A stretch of DNA of 64,000 bases from Dudresnaya verticillata (GCA_977862235.1 OZ374562.1:124001-188000), one strand, 5' to 3'; shown: positions 1 to 14,296, numbered from the stretch's first letter. Notes: generated from the letters alone by a model not told the origin. Translations and numbers: made by a program.

Positions 1-449
1 GTTCGTAAGGTCCGGAAAGTCCGTGTAGAACACCGCGGCTGACGCGCCGTCGTAGAAAGTGCTTTGCAACACGTAGAATTTGCATATCCTCTTTTGCATT
101 ACATTCCGAAGCGGTTTTCGCTGACTTCTGCGGTCGAAGGTGCTCACTGACCGCACACACGCCACCTGCCGCACACCACATCGCTTGGTGATCACGCAAT
201 AATACTGTACACGACTCGCATCAAACAGTCGGCCGGTCGCATCACACACTCCGATTTTTCGTCTTGGTCTTGATCCAGTCACTGCGCCCTGTTCCGCGTT
301 CGCACTTTTAACGTTGCCACTTGTTCTTTGCGTCGCATCTTGGTAACAACATCCTCTTCAAAATCTTACTCGTAGATGTGTCACAGTAATGTTCTGCATG
401 CAAACAACAACTACAATTTGAAACGTTCAAACTTGTCTCATAGTTCTAA

Positions 450-3400
450 AAAAACGCTTTCCGTTTGCATCGTAGACCCACACCCATTACCCTGATCGTC
501 GAGCACAAGTCGAGCACTTGACAGAGACGCCACGCATTGGTCCGCTCGTTTCTATAACAACTCAATTACACCCCTCCTGTTGTCTTCCATCCCCCGCAAA
601 TTCACAGGTCAAGCCTGAAAGGTCGACGCCAATTCTCTGTCGCCATATCTTTGAGACCATTCCTGTACCCTAAAAGCCCTTCGCCGAGCCAAACCCCTTA
701 TTTTTCTTTTCGTTGTGCCCACTACGAAGGGTAACAAAACGTCTTACCCACTAGACCAGTGGTGATGCTAAACTTTTAATGGTTATTTTAGGTGTTCCCG
801 CTCGGGCGACTGGTGCTATTCGCCATCATCTCGAATCTCGTGCCTCACCAACTTATTCGCTCTTGCTGTTCGCTTTCCCTCCTTTGCATATAGAGATATG
901 TGTGGCCGTGAAGCCGTCGCCGAATGCCGAGACAGATGGAAATGTCCTGCTTCTGCTAACTCTCTCGCCGACAACATCACAGAGCCACACTCTGGCATGC
1001 GCTGTGCAGTTTCCAAGACACGTCAATTGATGAGACCGCTCCCCCGCTGTCTGTCTGTCACCGCCGCCTGATAGCGAGAGAACCTGCCCGACAGGCAATG
1101 CCGCCAGCCCTTCACACATTTGCTCAACACCAGTATAAAAAAAGACATCCCGACTCCACTGTACATCTGCAACGCCGCCCTGGCCTGAGGCCTACCAGCA
1201 TGTATTGACAAGCACGCATTCCTTTGATCGTAAAAGTAGATGCCTTCTGTGATCCACTTGGCAGCACGTGACAGATCCCCAGAGTCAAAGTCAAATGTCT
1301 TCAACTGTTGTGCAAAACTGAACTGTTTCACAGCGCTTGCGGAAGGTTAAGCCTTCTATTCTGGTGCATTTTTACTCAATTCTCGTCGACAGACACGCCG
1401 AAATAACAGTAACATGTTATGGAGAAAGTTGTGCAATGTGAAAAGCCGATTGTGCGAGAGACTCGTAGATCTGTCTCGCAGACTTCGACGCCTACGTTTC
1501 TTCAATTTTCTATTGGTACGTAACAATAGTACATGTACAATAGAGCGAACTCTTTGGTATTGTAGACGCTGCAACATAACCTGCACCCGTCTGGGGAGGC
1601 CCCTGTTCGTCGTGAGACCCACTAAAACTAGCAACGTGCAAAAGCCTGCACACAAGTAAGTAGCTCTCCCGAAATGCCGGCGTGGAGTCTAGTAAAGAGT
1701 TGAAGGAGTTTACTTGTCATAAACACTACAAACTGAGTTAAAACATTTTCAACAGTTCTTGCGACCCATTACTCCTAACATGATGCCTCATACAAAGCGA
1801 CATAAAAGTATCGTCCCCTTTTGACAAAAAACTGAGAAAAACGTTGACTTTTCTGGACAGGGAATCAGAAGAATGAGATAGATTCCCTGTTGCAGTACTT
1901 GCTGCGGCTGAGACTAACAGTCTCGTCTCCGTCTCCTACGAAACAGCATGTCGAGCAGGGTCAAAGATCTTGTCCATCTTCTGCGTCTGCTGTGCAGCCC
2001 ATTTTCTTCGGACATCCTTTCTCTTCTCTTAACAATATACTGTTTGGGTAGGACTCCCAAACAGAAAAGCTGGTATGTAACACATGTAGTAGTATATGTT
2101 TGTACGTTTTTGTAGGTTCTACTGAGGAAAGCATGCCACCAAAGGCGAAATGATGTGCAGAGAGCAAAAAGGCAGAGTTTGAATAGATCCAGCACGTGGC
2201 CGGCACGAAACTTCGTGCCTAACTTCGGGCACAGCACTTTTCGAAAAGTTGCGGTAGATACACAACTATCATGGAACCAGTACAACATTAGGGATTAGAC
2301 CTTTGCGTGTGTGTGAAGTGTAGATACAGATGCATGTAAACTTGCATTACACCACCCCGCATATGGACACAGATCATCTGATCTCCGCTCAGGTTCTTTC
2401 GGAGCTTATGTTCTCGCCCCAGACACGTCGAGTGGGCAGAAAGCAGCCGCAGTCTACATAACTGGTAGGGATGCTATGCACCACTGCATCAGAAAGGCGG
2501 CTCTCTGTGCGGAGCATTCCAGAGGGCGTTATGGAGGATGGCAATTCGTATACCGTGCGAAACATTATGTTCTGTTCTCTAGGAGTCACCCAATGAAACT
2601 GTTGAAGGCGAGCGTGCGCGCTCGACTGTGATACAGAAATGGAGTAGCAAAACAAAAAAGGGACTGGGAGTTCAGCAATAGCAGATTCTGCTTGTCAGAC
2701 GAGAATCTGCCAGCTTCAACTTTAGGATGATGACCTTGGCTGCGAGATCACGAGGGGTATCAGATTGAATCTCTGAATACGACAACAAGTCTTCCTCGAA
2801 TAAGCAGCTACTGTACACCGCTCACCTTGAACTGCCTTCATAAAGTAGAATACCTGCACAATACCCTCACAAAGAGAGGAGCTGTGCTTTCCGAACACTG
2901 GATGGCGCAATGGTGCCCTTCAACTCTACCTTTTGACCGCCAGATCGCTGCGCAGTTTCATGCAAGCAAATAACGGACTACAGACAGCACACCAGCCGGA
3001 GAGAAAACTTGAAAAATATGGTCTAGAAGAGGTTCTTGGCTAGATTCTCACGTAGCAACATACTTCCGAAACTTTCAAATTGAAACGGGGGTTGTGCACC
3101 CTCCCATTTCTTCTCCAGCCACACGCGGAGCTGTTCAAATATCGAGTGGTCCAAGTTTGTTGGCACCAGCAGGAGTTCATACCATTGAGATGTGTTGAAA
3201 TCAATATGCTCGTGAGAAGTCAATCAAGAGCAGCCACACTAGGGCGGGTGAAGTAACACACAGAACCATCAACAGGTAACATTACGTTTTACCTACCCAC
3301 CCGTTCGTGTCGACTACCGTGGAAGGCTGAGTTGAGTAGGTACCCAACAGCGTTAATGTTGTCGGGACTTCTATAGCTTCAATGGCGATTCCGGAGAAGA

Positions 3401-4700
3401 ACGCAAACACGTGAAAAGTTGACGGGAGGAAAGTAGGCTTATTTGTGGCGACGCGGTTTGTCACTTCGTAATGCTGTGAACAGGAAATATTGGCCATTGC
3501 CTCTGTCAAGGCAACGGCTGCTGTTGCTAATTTTCTTGACTTCTTATGCCGTACATCTGTATCCGGCTTTCGACAGCTGAGATTAGAAGGGAGTAGTAAG
3601 GTGTACTGTAGTATACCCAATGACAACTTCGTGTTCGTGAGGAGTCGTTCTTCGGAATACACTCACAGACCCCAAGTGTGGCAGAGAAGGACCATTTATT
3701 TCTCCGCATGTTGGAATCGACAGGGTGTCGTGTTTTCAAGCAGGCACGGTTGTGGGTTGCGCAAGCACGCCAAAATGTCTTGCATTGGGGTTTTGTTGAG
3801 CGCATTTTGATAAGGTGCGCGTAACTGGACTTCAAGCGTGTTCGGCACACTGGGCCACTATCAATCTTGTTGGGGGTATGTGGTCCAGGTAGATGGCTGG
3901 GAAAACAGCTCGAAACCTGTCGACCTAAACACAGCGGCAGGCTCGGTTTTTGTTTTTGGCGGTATATCGCCGACAACAGACAGGGTGAACATTACGCTCC
4001 TTACAGCGGTGGTGTGGACTCGGCGTGCCGCACTGGACGCCAACTGGGGCTGATGACGTCATGTAACGCGCCGTGGACCTTTCTGCACACGGCGCTTCGC
4101 ACTTTTCTTGAGGCCAATCAGATTCCCAAACTGATGAGCATCAACTGCATTGGCTTTTTTCACCGTTGACGTTTGTTGTCCACCACGTCCTCCCACCCAC
4201 TGCCTTGGCCCCGCCTGTCCACACAGGGTCCTCAATTGATAAATGACATGAGTTACTGCCGCCATTCGGCGGCGGCGGAACACGAACCTAGTCGTGAACG
4301 CATCCTGAACCGCACCGATGTTGATATCAGCAACAGCTACTAGGTGACCAGACCGCGTTGCTGCTCTGCTTGAAGTCCATTTTTGACACGATACAGACTG
4401 TTGAAGAAAAATGTATTATTGGGCTGCTCCGGTTTCCTTCACGCAAGTATGTTCGACGAGCCTTTCAAGTCAAGAATGAAGTCAAATAATTCGTCCTCTG
4501 GATGCTAAATTTCTTTCTCTGCAGCTTGAGAGGCACGACGGGGTCGGTGCCAGTGTAGTTGCCTGAAATTCGTCTTTCCATGCGCCATGCGAGCTGGATC
4601 AAGAACTCCGCCCTTCCTGTGGAAGGGTAAGGCTACCTGTCCCAATCTGCAACATTTTCCGTTACCCTTCTGGAATACCTTCCCGACAGCGAAATAGTTG
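450..4700 (-). mobile_element. Probable highly degenerate Ty3/gypsy LTR-retrotransposon remnant (protease-RT-integrase order on the minus strand); boundaries approximate
   Basis: Only short broken ORFs. Minus-strand fragments weakly resemble gypsy pol motifs in the expected order: IDSGP (~3860, protease-like), VFRDS..YP (~2770), LWNAP (~2515), LD (~2430), AGRPQ..MY and CVKGWRHC (~1100-1200, integrase Zn-finger-like), CDVVGE..DGFT (~910-980). No intact motif and no LTRs identified. Confidence 0.3.
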
Positions 4701-4986
4701 CACTCTTGTTGCTGTCAAGAGTAGGAAATCTATGCACTCATTTGCTAGCACAGGTAGAAAATTCTGCGCAGAATCAGCTCTACCATATTTTCTCTCCCTT
4801 ACTGCGTCATACTCTCTTACTCTTCCTCAACTCATACCGCCCACTACAATCCACGTAGATTTAACTGTGGTATCGCTCTTTCCTTCGTGCTCTACGGAGC
4901 GAAGAAACATTCAATCTGTGCACTTAGCCTCGCCTCCTTCTGCATTATCTCGATAAAGTTAACTAATCCTCTCCCTCCCTCTCCGT

Positions 4987-5008
4987 CTCTCTCTCTCTCT
5001 CTCTCTCT
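4987..5008. repeat. (CT)n microsatellite
   Basis: Directly visible ct dinucleotide run. Confidence 0.9.
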
Positions 5009-8000
5009 TTCAACCCGGGCCCCAGTAATGCTAAAAAAGAACATTCTCAAAGTGACCTGCGCCGAAGCGTCTCATAATCACCTTAAGACTGTTAGCTTTG
5101 TTTCGAGGCATGGAAATTAATTTCCATTGCAACACTAAGCACTGTGTGATACAAATCCGCAAGAACTTTTACCCAAAAGTTTCAAGTCCACAAGCCCTAT
5201 TTTGGTCCGGGTACAGCGGTATTGTCAGCTAGTTACCATAGGTAACAATACACTTCTGATACAATTGACAAACGTTCGAATAAATATGGCGCATCCTGTA
5301 TAGACCTTCTGTGTAGCATTTACTCATCAGCAGCGAGTTCATCAACATGTCAACAGAAGACGGAAATAAACTTTCATCTATTTACATAAAGAACACTCAG
5401 TCCTGGAGGGCTTATCCTCCTTGACTGCTCGTCTACCCTTAACCCATGAAATGGACGTCCTGCTGTTATGCTCACGACCTCCTTGTCATCATTTCCCAGC
5501 AGTCCATTGCGTTGATAAAACTCTTTTCTTTTTGCTTGGATTTATGTCCGCACTGAACACCAATTATTGAGTTTGTAGACACACTTGATAATAAAATCTT
5601 TTGGAGAACAAGTCAGAGGAATGATGAACGATTTTCCAAGGTCGGCTAACACGGATATTAAAAATCTTTCCCCCTTAACATTACCGGCTCCCGTTTTCGT
5701 AGAACTTGGTTGCTCTCTTCATACGTCTGCGTTCTTGATTCTATTCAGTTGGCTGTGTAGGTAGGCCTCAAGCTCGATAACAGCGACTATTAACCAAACA
5801 ATGGCCTATGTAATGGCTGCGTAATGTTTGTTCATGGCTATTCTACAATGTAGAGATTCCGAAAATGCGTTGAGCACTGCAGTGTGCTCTCACGGGTCAA
5901 AATGTGGATGCACAGATATAATCTCAACAGACTATTGTAAAGTACTTACATAAATTCTATGTGTAGTGGCAAGCTACCTTTGAAAAGTTTTTTTATGGAA
6001 TTGAGATATTAAGATGCAGAAAAGAGTTCGTGCATTCATTCCAACACGATCTGAAGTCCAAAACCATGCGAAGACAACCCCGCGTGAAGACCATCCCGTT
6101 CAAGGTACAGCAGTATACCGCAGACCAATATCGGTATATCGACGCAGACTGTGTGCGTCGATATGCCGACATTGCGCGCCGTCAAGTTCTGTCAGCCACG
6201 TGTACTGACTGTTCGTGAACGGTATCACTATATTCAAAGTTATCGAGAGCTACACCTCTAATACGATTTTGCGTCTGCAGAAGCCGCAAGGTACAATTGC
6301 GAGCGTGATATCGAGGGCAGCTCAAACGAAATAAAACGATTAGAGATGTGACGAACTGAAACCTAGTACTGACAACTGACATCAAGTTTTTCTCTAAGGC
6401 AGACATGGTCCAGACGTTGGATAACGAACCAAAGTCATTGTCAGACAATCAGCGAGAATTATTGCGCAAGTTTAATGGAAGGGAGCACAAGCAAACCCGC
6501 TAGCTTCTGCTGAAATGGAGTGACCTCTCGCCGCTTCAGTATTCTAAATATATCTTCTTCTTCGTTTGTTCAAATGCCAGTTCGATGGCATCGGCAACAA
6601 CGGGCTATGAGCTAGCACATATCGTCCTGAGCTATTGTATTGGTATTCACGAGGCGTTATCTACTTGAGTGAAGCGGGAACCAAGCCGATTATGTGCTCA
6701 CAACAATGTGCGGGGGCTAGATAACATGAGACAGAGTGGGCTAGAGCTGCTACATCTGAGTAGAAGAGTGGGATCAGAAATGCGACAAAGCCAATGAATA
6801 GACAGTACTGTAAAAGGTGGATAGGAAGTGTGATCACAGAAGCGAGGATTCCAAAGCATGTGCAAAGCGGGATTGGGAGAGAAGAAGTGCGTCATGTCTT
6901 CCTGCGAGTGCTGTGTATGTCGCTACGCCCCAGTGACGAAGACGGGAAGGGGGCAGGTCCACTTTCTCCCTCGAGGTGGAAATCCCGCACAGAGAGCGGA
7001 TTCGAAGAGCGCGCAAGCGTTGTAATGGAACGCGCTCGGCCCAGAGAGCTAATGGTGCTGGTTTAGGTGTCCCGTAAAGAGGACGAAGCGAGGAAACCAA
7101 GTTCTGCCTTCATAGAGTTAGTAAACTATCTACATATCTATACTTTGGGGTTGATGCGTGAGGATCCTATGTGGTCCTCCCAATATCGCGATTCGAAAGT
7201 ATCTGCACGCAAGGTTCACATGTGTTACGACAAGGTGCTGCAATTTTAATGCTTATCGCTTGTGTGCACAAGTTTCCTTGGTACAATGTTGTGGTATGAT
7301 GTGGACGGTGGAGCTATTGAAATGCTTGTCACACTCTTTTGTGCCGTCTCGAAAGGGGCTCCTGCTATACACAATGTACATACACAATAACTAATAACAA
7401 TGATAGCATTTTGCAGATTTCCATATGCCACAAGCACGACATTTCGGATCACAAGTCTCACAAATCGAGGCTGACATTGGGATTGATGTAACACTCTCAA
7501 AAGGTAGCGGATAACACATAGCACAGAACAGCTTTTTCTGAGATCACATGTTCCATTGCGCAGATCCCCTTATAATAGACCCAGTGAGGAAGTACACGTA
7601 GTGCTTGAGTGTTTATTGCTTTTGCAAATTGTAAAGCTTCACCATGAATGGTCTAAGCCACGTGGAAAGGATGCATGTTGCATTGGAAGGGGCTAGTTGG
7701 GCAAAATAAACAAGACCCATTTGAAGTGAAGCGAAATGCTTGAAAGCATGTAGCTTATTACTCCCCCAGGGCATGTACAGAACTAGAAAGCGAAAGTGTT
7801 CACATTTTATCTTTCGATCGAAAGCGGGCTACCGTTCGGAGCGTCACGGAGTATGATGATACGGTGATAGAAACTATACTGTACACGCACACAACGTCGT
7901 GTATCGCAAGCGTCTTCGCGTAAACTTGCGAGCTATCGTGCTATACTTAAAAGGGTGCCCCGAGTACCCTTGAGGGGTGCCCTCAGGTATAGGGTATCGC

Positions 8001-8239
8001 TGGAAATGTATTAATAGTATCCGTATCCAGAGTGGCCACTATAGGGTTGCAAAACAGCAGAGTACGTGCATTGTATCGGGTCAGGCCTCATATACCTGAG
8101 AGGACCATACAAACTCGAGACACAATCATGTTCGAGAAAGGCCCACTTTGTTATCATCTATTCTAATTGTGTAGTTGTGGAGTGTTTGAAATCGCAACGT
8201 CTACAATACAGTACTGTACACCTTCCCTCTCGGATTGTT

Positions 8240-8241
<2 letters not shown>

Positions 8242-8276
<35 letters not shown>
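8242..8276. repeat. 35-nt poly-G homopolymer
   Basis: Directly visible. Confidence 0.95.
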
Positions 8277-8278
<2 letters not shown>

Positions 8279-11200
8279 CAATGGTACGGATAATGCGTGT
8301 TTGTCGTGCACCGTGCTAATAATGAACCTAACCGAATCCTTCTTGTTCTCAAAAGTGTGCACTCCCGCCGTTCGTCTTGCTTCAATAAAGTTGTGATGAT
8401 GATGAAAGTGTGCACATGAATATTGGTCTCGGGAGCACAGCACATAAATCCGTTTTGGTCTCGGCACTGTTGGACCCGAAAGTTGCGATCCAGAACTGAT
8501 TAATTTTGATGCAGCCACGCTGAACTCGGAGGAGCGAACAACAAAGGTTTCACTGCAAGTTCTTGGGAGATTCTCATGAAGTTTCAGCAGGGCAACTAAG
8601 TCTTTCTTGTATCTTCTATAACGGCCATATTCAACACAGAATAAGATTTAGAAAGATTCAGACCGATTCAGAGCTTCGAGGTGAACATGAAGATTATCTT
8701 CCTGACGGGATTACAGTGGCAATCCTGCGGACGTCGTGTCGTTGAATATAAAAGGGTGTACATTGCTATGTAGATCACTTTGTTATCGGAAAGAAACCAG
8801 TAAGGGAACACATAAAGCGTTACTAATCATCCACAATACATATAGCAGTAGCTCTCAGTATGTGTAGAACAAATACACATTCTCTCGAACTCGAGGTTGA
8901 ATACAATGTAAAAATCCTCAAGATTGGTATGGCAGACTGTTATATCAAGTTAGGGCCTGGTTGTCGTAAATAGAAGGCATAACACGTTAATTCACGTTTT
9001 TCCACACAAGGTGTGCAATGACGCCAATTGAAGGCAGGAGCTTTTGTTTTCGAATACACTTTTTGCATCCGCCGTTGAGCAGTTGATGTCTAATGCCAGG
9101 TAGATAGCGGGTGCTTCCGATTCAGGATCGCGCCTCAGGCGGTGACAGAGCAGGGAAAGTCTGGCTGTACTGCAGTGGCCCGAACAGAGGTTCTCGATCT
9201 GTCTGTTCCTAGAATATCTACTACAACTGTCGATATGGCTCCTCAATAATGCGTACAGCGCAGCAGCTCAGTCGTGAGCAGCGATAAGGTCTAAAAAACC
9301 TCATTGGTGAAAAGGCTGGGCTCTAACAATATGTTTAATAATCGGCAGAAACGTTATTGTTGGTCTTCTTACAAAGCACTCCGGGCTTGAGTCGGACGGA
9401 AACGTTTCCCTCAACGGGGTATCAGTTCCACAATCCAAATGCATCCGGACGTGCATGAAACTGTGGAAGCCTGGCTGCAGAGGCAGAGGAGAGATACTGT
9501 TCAGTAAAGAGTATTGTAACAACTAGAATCTATGGCCTAATAATAGGTGTATAGCTGGCATCAGAGTTAAATGCTGAGCAGACACGCCGATGATAACATG
9601 TTAGTAATAATGGAGAGAGTTGGTTGCTGCTGGTTGCGTTAGCGTTACAATTGCCTGCATGGCATCGCGATTTCCGTAAAGTGATGTCTAGGGTCGTCGA
9701 GAACAGCAGATGCCCTTCGAAGGCTAGACTTGGATTGTCCGAACTGGTGCCAAACGCAGGTCTATAAACATTGGATGAGGATCAGGTTGTGCGTAGGATA
9801 ACTGCAGCTGCTGGTACAGTATATTGTACTGGAAAGGGTCAGTCACTACCGGGAATGTTGAGCAATGTGGGTGGTTGTGGAGCGCATTGGATTGCAGCTG
9901 CGGTGCAGATAGTCATAGAGGATGTTGTGAGGGCACTTGTGCACGGCAATGCTCCTACTGCTACTGCTACTAGTACTAGTACTGTACAAAGGGAGAGTTT
10001 GGGTGTACAGCAACTGTACCGAAAAATGTTTCTATTGCTTGAGAGGTGAGAGGTGCAGTATCGGGAGTGGTGCAGCGGTGTTGATAATAGTGGAGTGGTT
10101 GGTATGGGATATGAACAAGGCTTTTTGAGTTTCCAATTGGAAGATATGTATGATTGGACAAGTTGATCAATGGGGCGGCGCGTACTGTAACAACAGTATG
10201 GTGTTTCTCAACTTGTAGATAAGAAAGCAAGGGAAGTACAGTGAGTTGAAGGGCCAAACGTACAGCGTTAGAAATCCGGGCGTAGTAGTCTGTCAGGATG
10301 TTGGAAGGTAGAGTTTTGTATATACATGCAATGTGAGGGTGGTGAGGACGGGGGATTTACGAGAGGATCGGATCAAGGCGGTTGGCTGTGTGTGTGTTTG
10401 TGTGCGTGTGTTGGATGTGATGGAAGGGGTTGGAAGCGAGTGCGGACAGCAGTTGCGATGTGAGGATGATGGGACCGAAGAAAGCGATATGAACGTCTAC
10501 AGAGGGTATGTTTAACTGTACATACGGGAATAGTACAGAATATGTAAGGGGAGCGGGGATGAAGGGCATGTTCTGGGGCGCGGATGTGAGATAAATGGGT
10601 TTGGTGTGGATAATTAAAATGCAGTGTGCTGCAGACAGAGCACTAACGTTGTGTTTGGGCGGGGGATGCAGCTGGGATACGGGGATTGAATTGTTTAAGA
10701 GGATTGCAAAGTTGCAAGGTGTAGGGTATCTAATTGCGGGCGGGGGATGCGAGTTGGGCGGATAGAAGAAGGGGTTGTTGGTTGGTTTAATTGGGTCCCT
10801 TGGGGTTGTGTGCGTGTGGATGTGTCGATATTGAAAGGCATAGAAAATGCGTTAGGTGATATGATATATATTTATGGTGAGGAGTGGGTGTCTAGTGTAC
10901 AACAAAAAGAGGGGAGATTGTGCACAGGAATAATATAATAATAAGGAGAATATAATGGGATGTCCCATGACAGCGTATGTACAGTAGAACAGTGTTTTTG
11001 TTTTTGTTGTTGTTGTTGTTATTGGTTTTTGACGACAAGGGCTGAAGTTTATATGGGGCGGTGGGATTGATGATCTAAGGGTGGCATGGGCGGGGCAGAA
11101 GGGGTTTTTGTTCTGATGATGAGGATTGGAGGGGAATGATTGACAAGGTGGACGGATGGATGATGTGAGTGATGATTTGAAAGGAGCGGAAGTTATATAA

Positions 11201-11555
11201 GGTTGGCTCTTTCCGTTGTATGGTATTGCGTAGGTGAAGTGATGAAAAGCAGTAGGGAAGTACTGTACAGATGGGCAGTTGTTGTTTTGAAACGGTAGAC
11301 AGATAGACAATAGAAAATGGGAAGGGACGGATATGGGAATGTAGGGGTTGTTATTAAAATGCAAGGGCTGCATGGTGTTATACTAAGTTGGATTTATTGG
11401 TATAATAGTATTAATGTGGTGTCCACACATGTGTATTTGTGTGTATGTGGGTGTGGGGGTTTGGTCGATACAGTAGTAGGCTGTGAGAGAAGAACGAATA
11501 GGGATATTTATATGTGTCAATTGTGGTGGAACGTGGGTTCAGCGGGGCGTGGCGG

Positions 11556-11672
<117 letters not shown>

Positions 11673-12327
11673 CTAGTAGTGTCGCTGGGGAGATGAAGTG
11701 ATCTGCTGTTGTAAGGAAGGGGGATACAGGCGGACACAGGCGGACACTGCGAGGTGTGCGGCGGCGGCGGCGCTATGCCGGAGAGAGCGAGCGAGAGATA
11801 TTGGATTGATGCCGGCGTTTGTGATTAATGGCAATAACAGGAAAAAGTCTCGCGTGCTGGAAAACAGGCCCGTGGGTGCGTTGAGATTATTAGTTGAAAC
11901 GGTTGCGCCGAGCACGCCGCGCTGCAAGCTTGCAAATAGGAAAACTGTACAGTTGGCGCCACAGGCGCGTACACCCACACCCCCCCACCCGCGCACGATA
12001 ATATCGCGCAATGCGCGCAGTGTATGACGGCGGCCGCGGAGACGCCGACAGCTGTGCCGTCGCCTCCGATGTCGATGCCGATGCCGTTGCCGTTGCCGTT
12101 GCCGATGCCGTTGCCGATGCGCCTGTTGACACCAACAGTCGAGACGACGGCCGCTGCGCCGCGCGCCGCGACACAGAGCGTATCGGGGCCGATGTCGCCA
12201 AAGAAGCGCGGTGTGCGCGTGTGTACGGCGTTATTATTTTTATTGGTGACGGCAGCGCGGCTGCCGCGACCGTGCGCGCCCTGCACGCCACACACGCCGC
12301 CGCGGCCGCCGTGTTCTGTACACTGTA

Positions 12328-12328
<1 letters not shown>

Positions 12329-12365
<37 letters not shown>
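12329..12365. repeat. (GGCACA)n hexamer tandem repeat within a GC-rich island
   Basis: About six consecutive ggcaca units. Confidence 0.9.
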
Positions 12366-12851
12366 CTCGCGCGCGCGCGCCGCCGCGTAGCAGAGCGGTC
12401 TGCGTGCGGGAGCGCGAGTGCGAGTGCGAGCCGCCGGCGGATCGCCGCGCGTATCGGCACCGGTTGCACAACCGACCGACCGGCCGACCGACCGCGCGCG
12501 GGGTGCGGACAGCGGGCCGGAGTCCGCCGAGTGCGAGCGGGCCACGCCACGGCTGGACGCGGACGGCGCGCGCGTGCTGCTGTGCGCGGCCGGCGGCGGC
12601 AGCGGGAGCGAGTGCGCGCGCGCGCGCGCGCGCGATCGGAGTGTCGGGCGCGGATATGTGTCTGCGTGCGTGTGCGTGCGTGCGTGTGTTGTCCCTGCCT
12701 CCGCCTCTGCGTGTTTGTCAGGCGCGGGGCGGACGCGCGCGCGGTGACAGAAAGGACTCAACCTGATTTACTGTGTTGTGAGTCGAGTCCTTGACCCCCA
12801 TTCTGTCCCAGGCCTTGTACTTTGCCTTGGTACACCTCCCGGTCTCCGAAC

Positions 12852-12959
12852 TGGTCGCCTCCGTAGCCCCGACCGAGCTCCCAGTGAGATCGCGCCTGCC
12901 ACCACATATTTGCTGTAATGCCCTACTGACAGTCGGCCATCAAATGCAAACCATGTCAC
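12852..12959 (+). repeat. 108-bp direct repeat, copy 1 (partner at 15812-15919)
   Basis: Ungapped manual alignment gives 78/108 identity; shared blocks tggtcgcctc.gtagcccc, tttgctgtaatgc, ctgacagtcgg.cat.aaatgcaaa, tgtcac. Confidence 0.9.
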
Positions 12960-13120
12960 AATCGCTCGATAGTAAATTAAAATTACTTCTGTGCCGCTTA
13001 CAATTATTTCCCAACAGAACCCACCCTCTAGAAGCTTCTTCTTTTTGCCGTATTTATACCGTGTATCAGAGCACCCTCGCTCAACAATTACCTAGAACTG
13101 GGTCCTAGTACTATATGCAA

Positions 13121-13250
13121 GCGCAGGTTTCAAGTACCACGAACCCGCGGGTTCGTGGTACTTGGTACTTGATACTTGATACCACGAACCCGCGGGTTCG
13201 TGGTATCAAGTACCACGAACCCGCGGGTTCGTGGTACTTGAAACCTGCGC
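13121..13250. repeat. Nested palindrome: three copies of the self-complementary unit TACCACGAACCCGCGGGTTCGTGGTA inside outer inverted repeats GCGCAGGTTTCAAG...CTTGAAACCTGCGC
   Basis: Directly visible. Confidence 0.95.
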
Positions 13251-13651
13251 ATTCGCGAATGCCCTTCAAGCTACGTCCGGAGTGCGCAACCATATCGCTC
13301 GTAAACCTGCAATCTGCCGCGCCAAAAATGGCAACCAAGGCCACCATACGATATTACTTGATTGCCTATGCGGAATTGTGATTTGTTAAAGAACGTAATC
13401 CTTCCTGCCGGAAAACGCCCAATTCGGACAAAACGCGACAATAATAACCACGATGAAGCACAAACGCTCTCATTAGGAGCCTGAATGCCCTGCAAAAATT
13501 GAATTCGCACTTCCGGGCACAACGAGGCGCGAAATATGGCACACTAGTTGATATTTCGTTAATTGAGGGCAGTCTCGTACTGTAGCAGTGTGAGGCGTAT
13601 AACCCCTTAAACCGCGACGCATTACGTTTCTAGATGAATTCGTACAAAAAG

Positions 13652-13708
13652 CCAAAAATAAAGGCCGCCAAAAGGATCTTAAGATCCTTTTGGGGGCCTT
13701 TATTTTGG
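13652..13708. repeat. Near-perfect ~57-bp palindrome
   Basis: ccaaaaataaaggccgccaaaaggatctt|aagatccttttgggggcctttattttgg; one mismatch and one indel. Confidence 0.9.
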
Positions 13709-14296
13709 AAAGTTTCATCGTCTCCCAAGAGAATGAGGGCATACGTTTCCCTGATGAAAACAAGGTTTAAATAAAGGAAAACATATTGTCTAAAACAGCT
13801 CACCACTTTGTTTCATCCTAGTTAAAAGTGTCCCAATCTACGAAATTAACCGTTGATGTCCTCGGACCCCCAAATGTAGTGTTATTCTAGTATTAGGGGG
13901 TTTTCTTCCCAAACAGTGAACACAAGGGCACTTTGCCTTAGGGAGAAAACATACGCGCCAGATCTGCGTTTTGTATGGAGTTGAAGGTCTCTAGACGCTT
14001 TTAAGTGTTGTAATAAACACTCTATTTGTAAAGATCGAAAGGAATTTACTGATCTCAGCAGGAGCTGCAAGGGTCTTTATGCCACAATCCTACAATATGT
14101 GGAAAAACCAGAACACCTCTATGGGTATTTGATTGCCGAATCTGGGCATGATAAAATATGAGCTATCGTTCCAAAAAGTCTTGAGAAAAACCTGGTGAGT
14201 CGCTAAGTGCTTTATTGCTATGATCTGTTGTTCCGTGGGCATAAGAGTTGTTATTATATTTACACATTACTCCGTCGTGTACGTGACAATAACCAT

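Noticed and set aside
11825..12794. Several 190-256-aa overlapping ORFs
   Set aside because: Open in many frames because of very high GC and simple repeats; no recognisable domain
12852..12959. RNase H (DASD..VG..L.Q)-like coding remnant in the 108-bp repeat
   Set aside because: Needs several frameshifts; the resemblance is too weak
13121..13250. CRISPR array
   Set aside because: Three palindromic repeats but no unique spacers of uniform length, no cas genes, and a eukaryotic context
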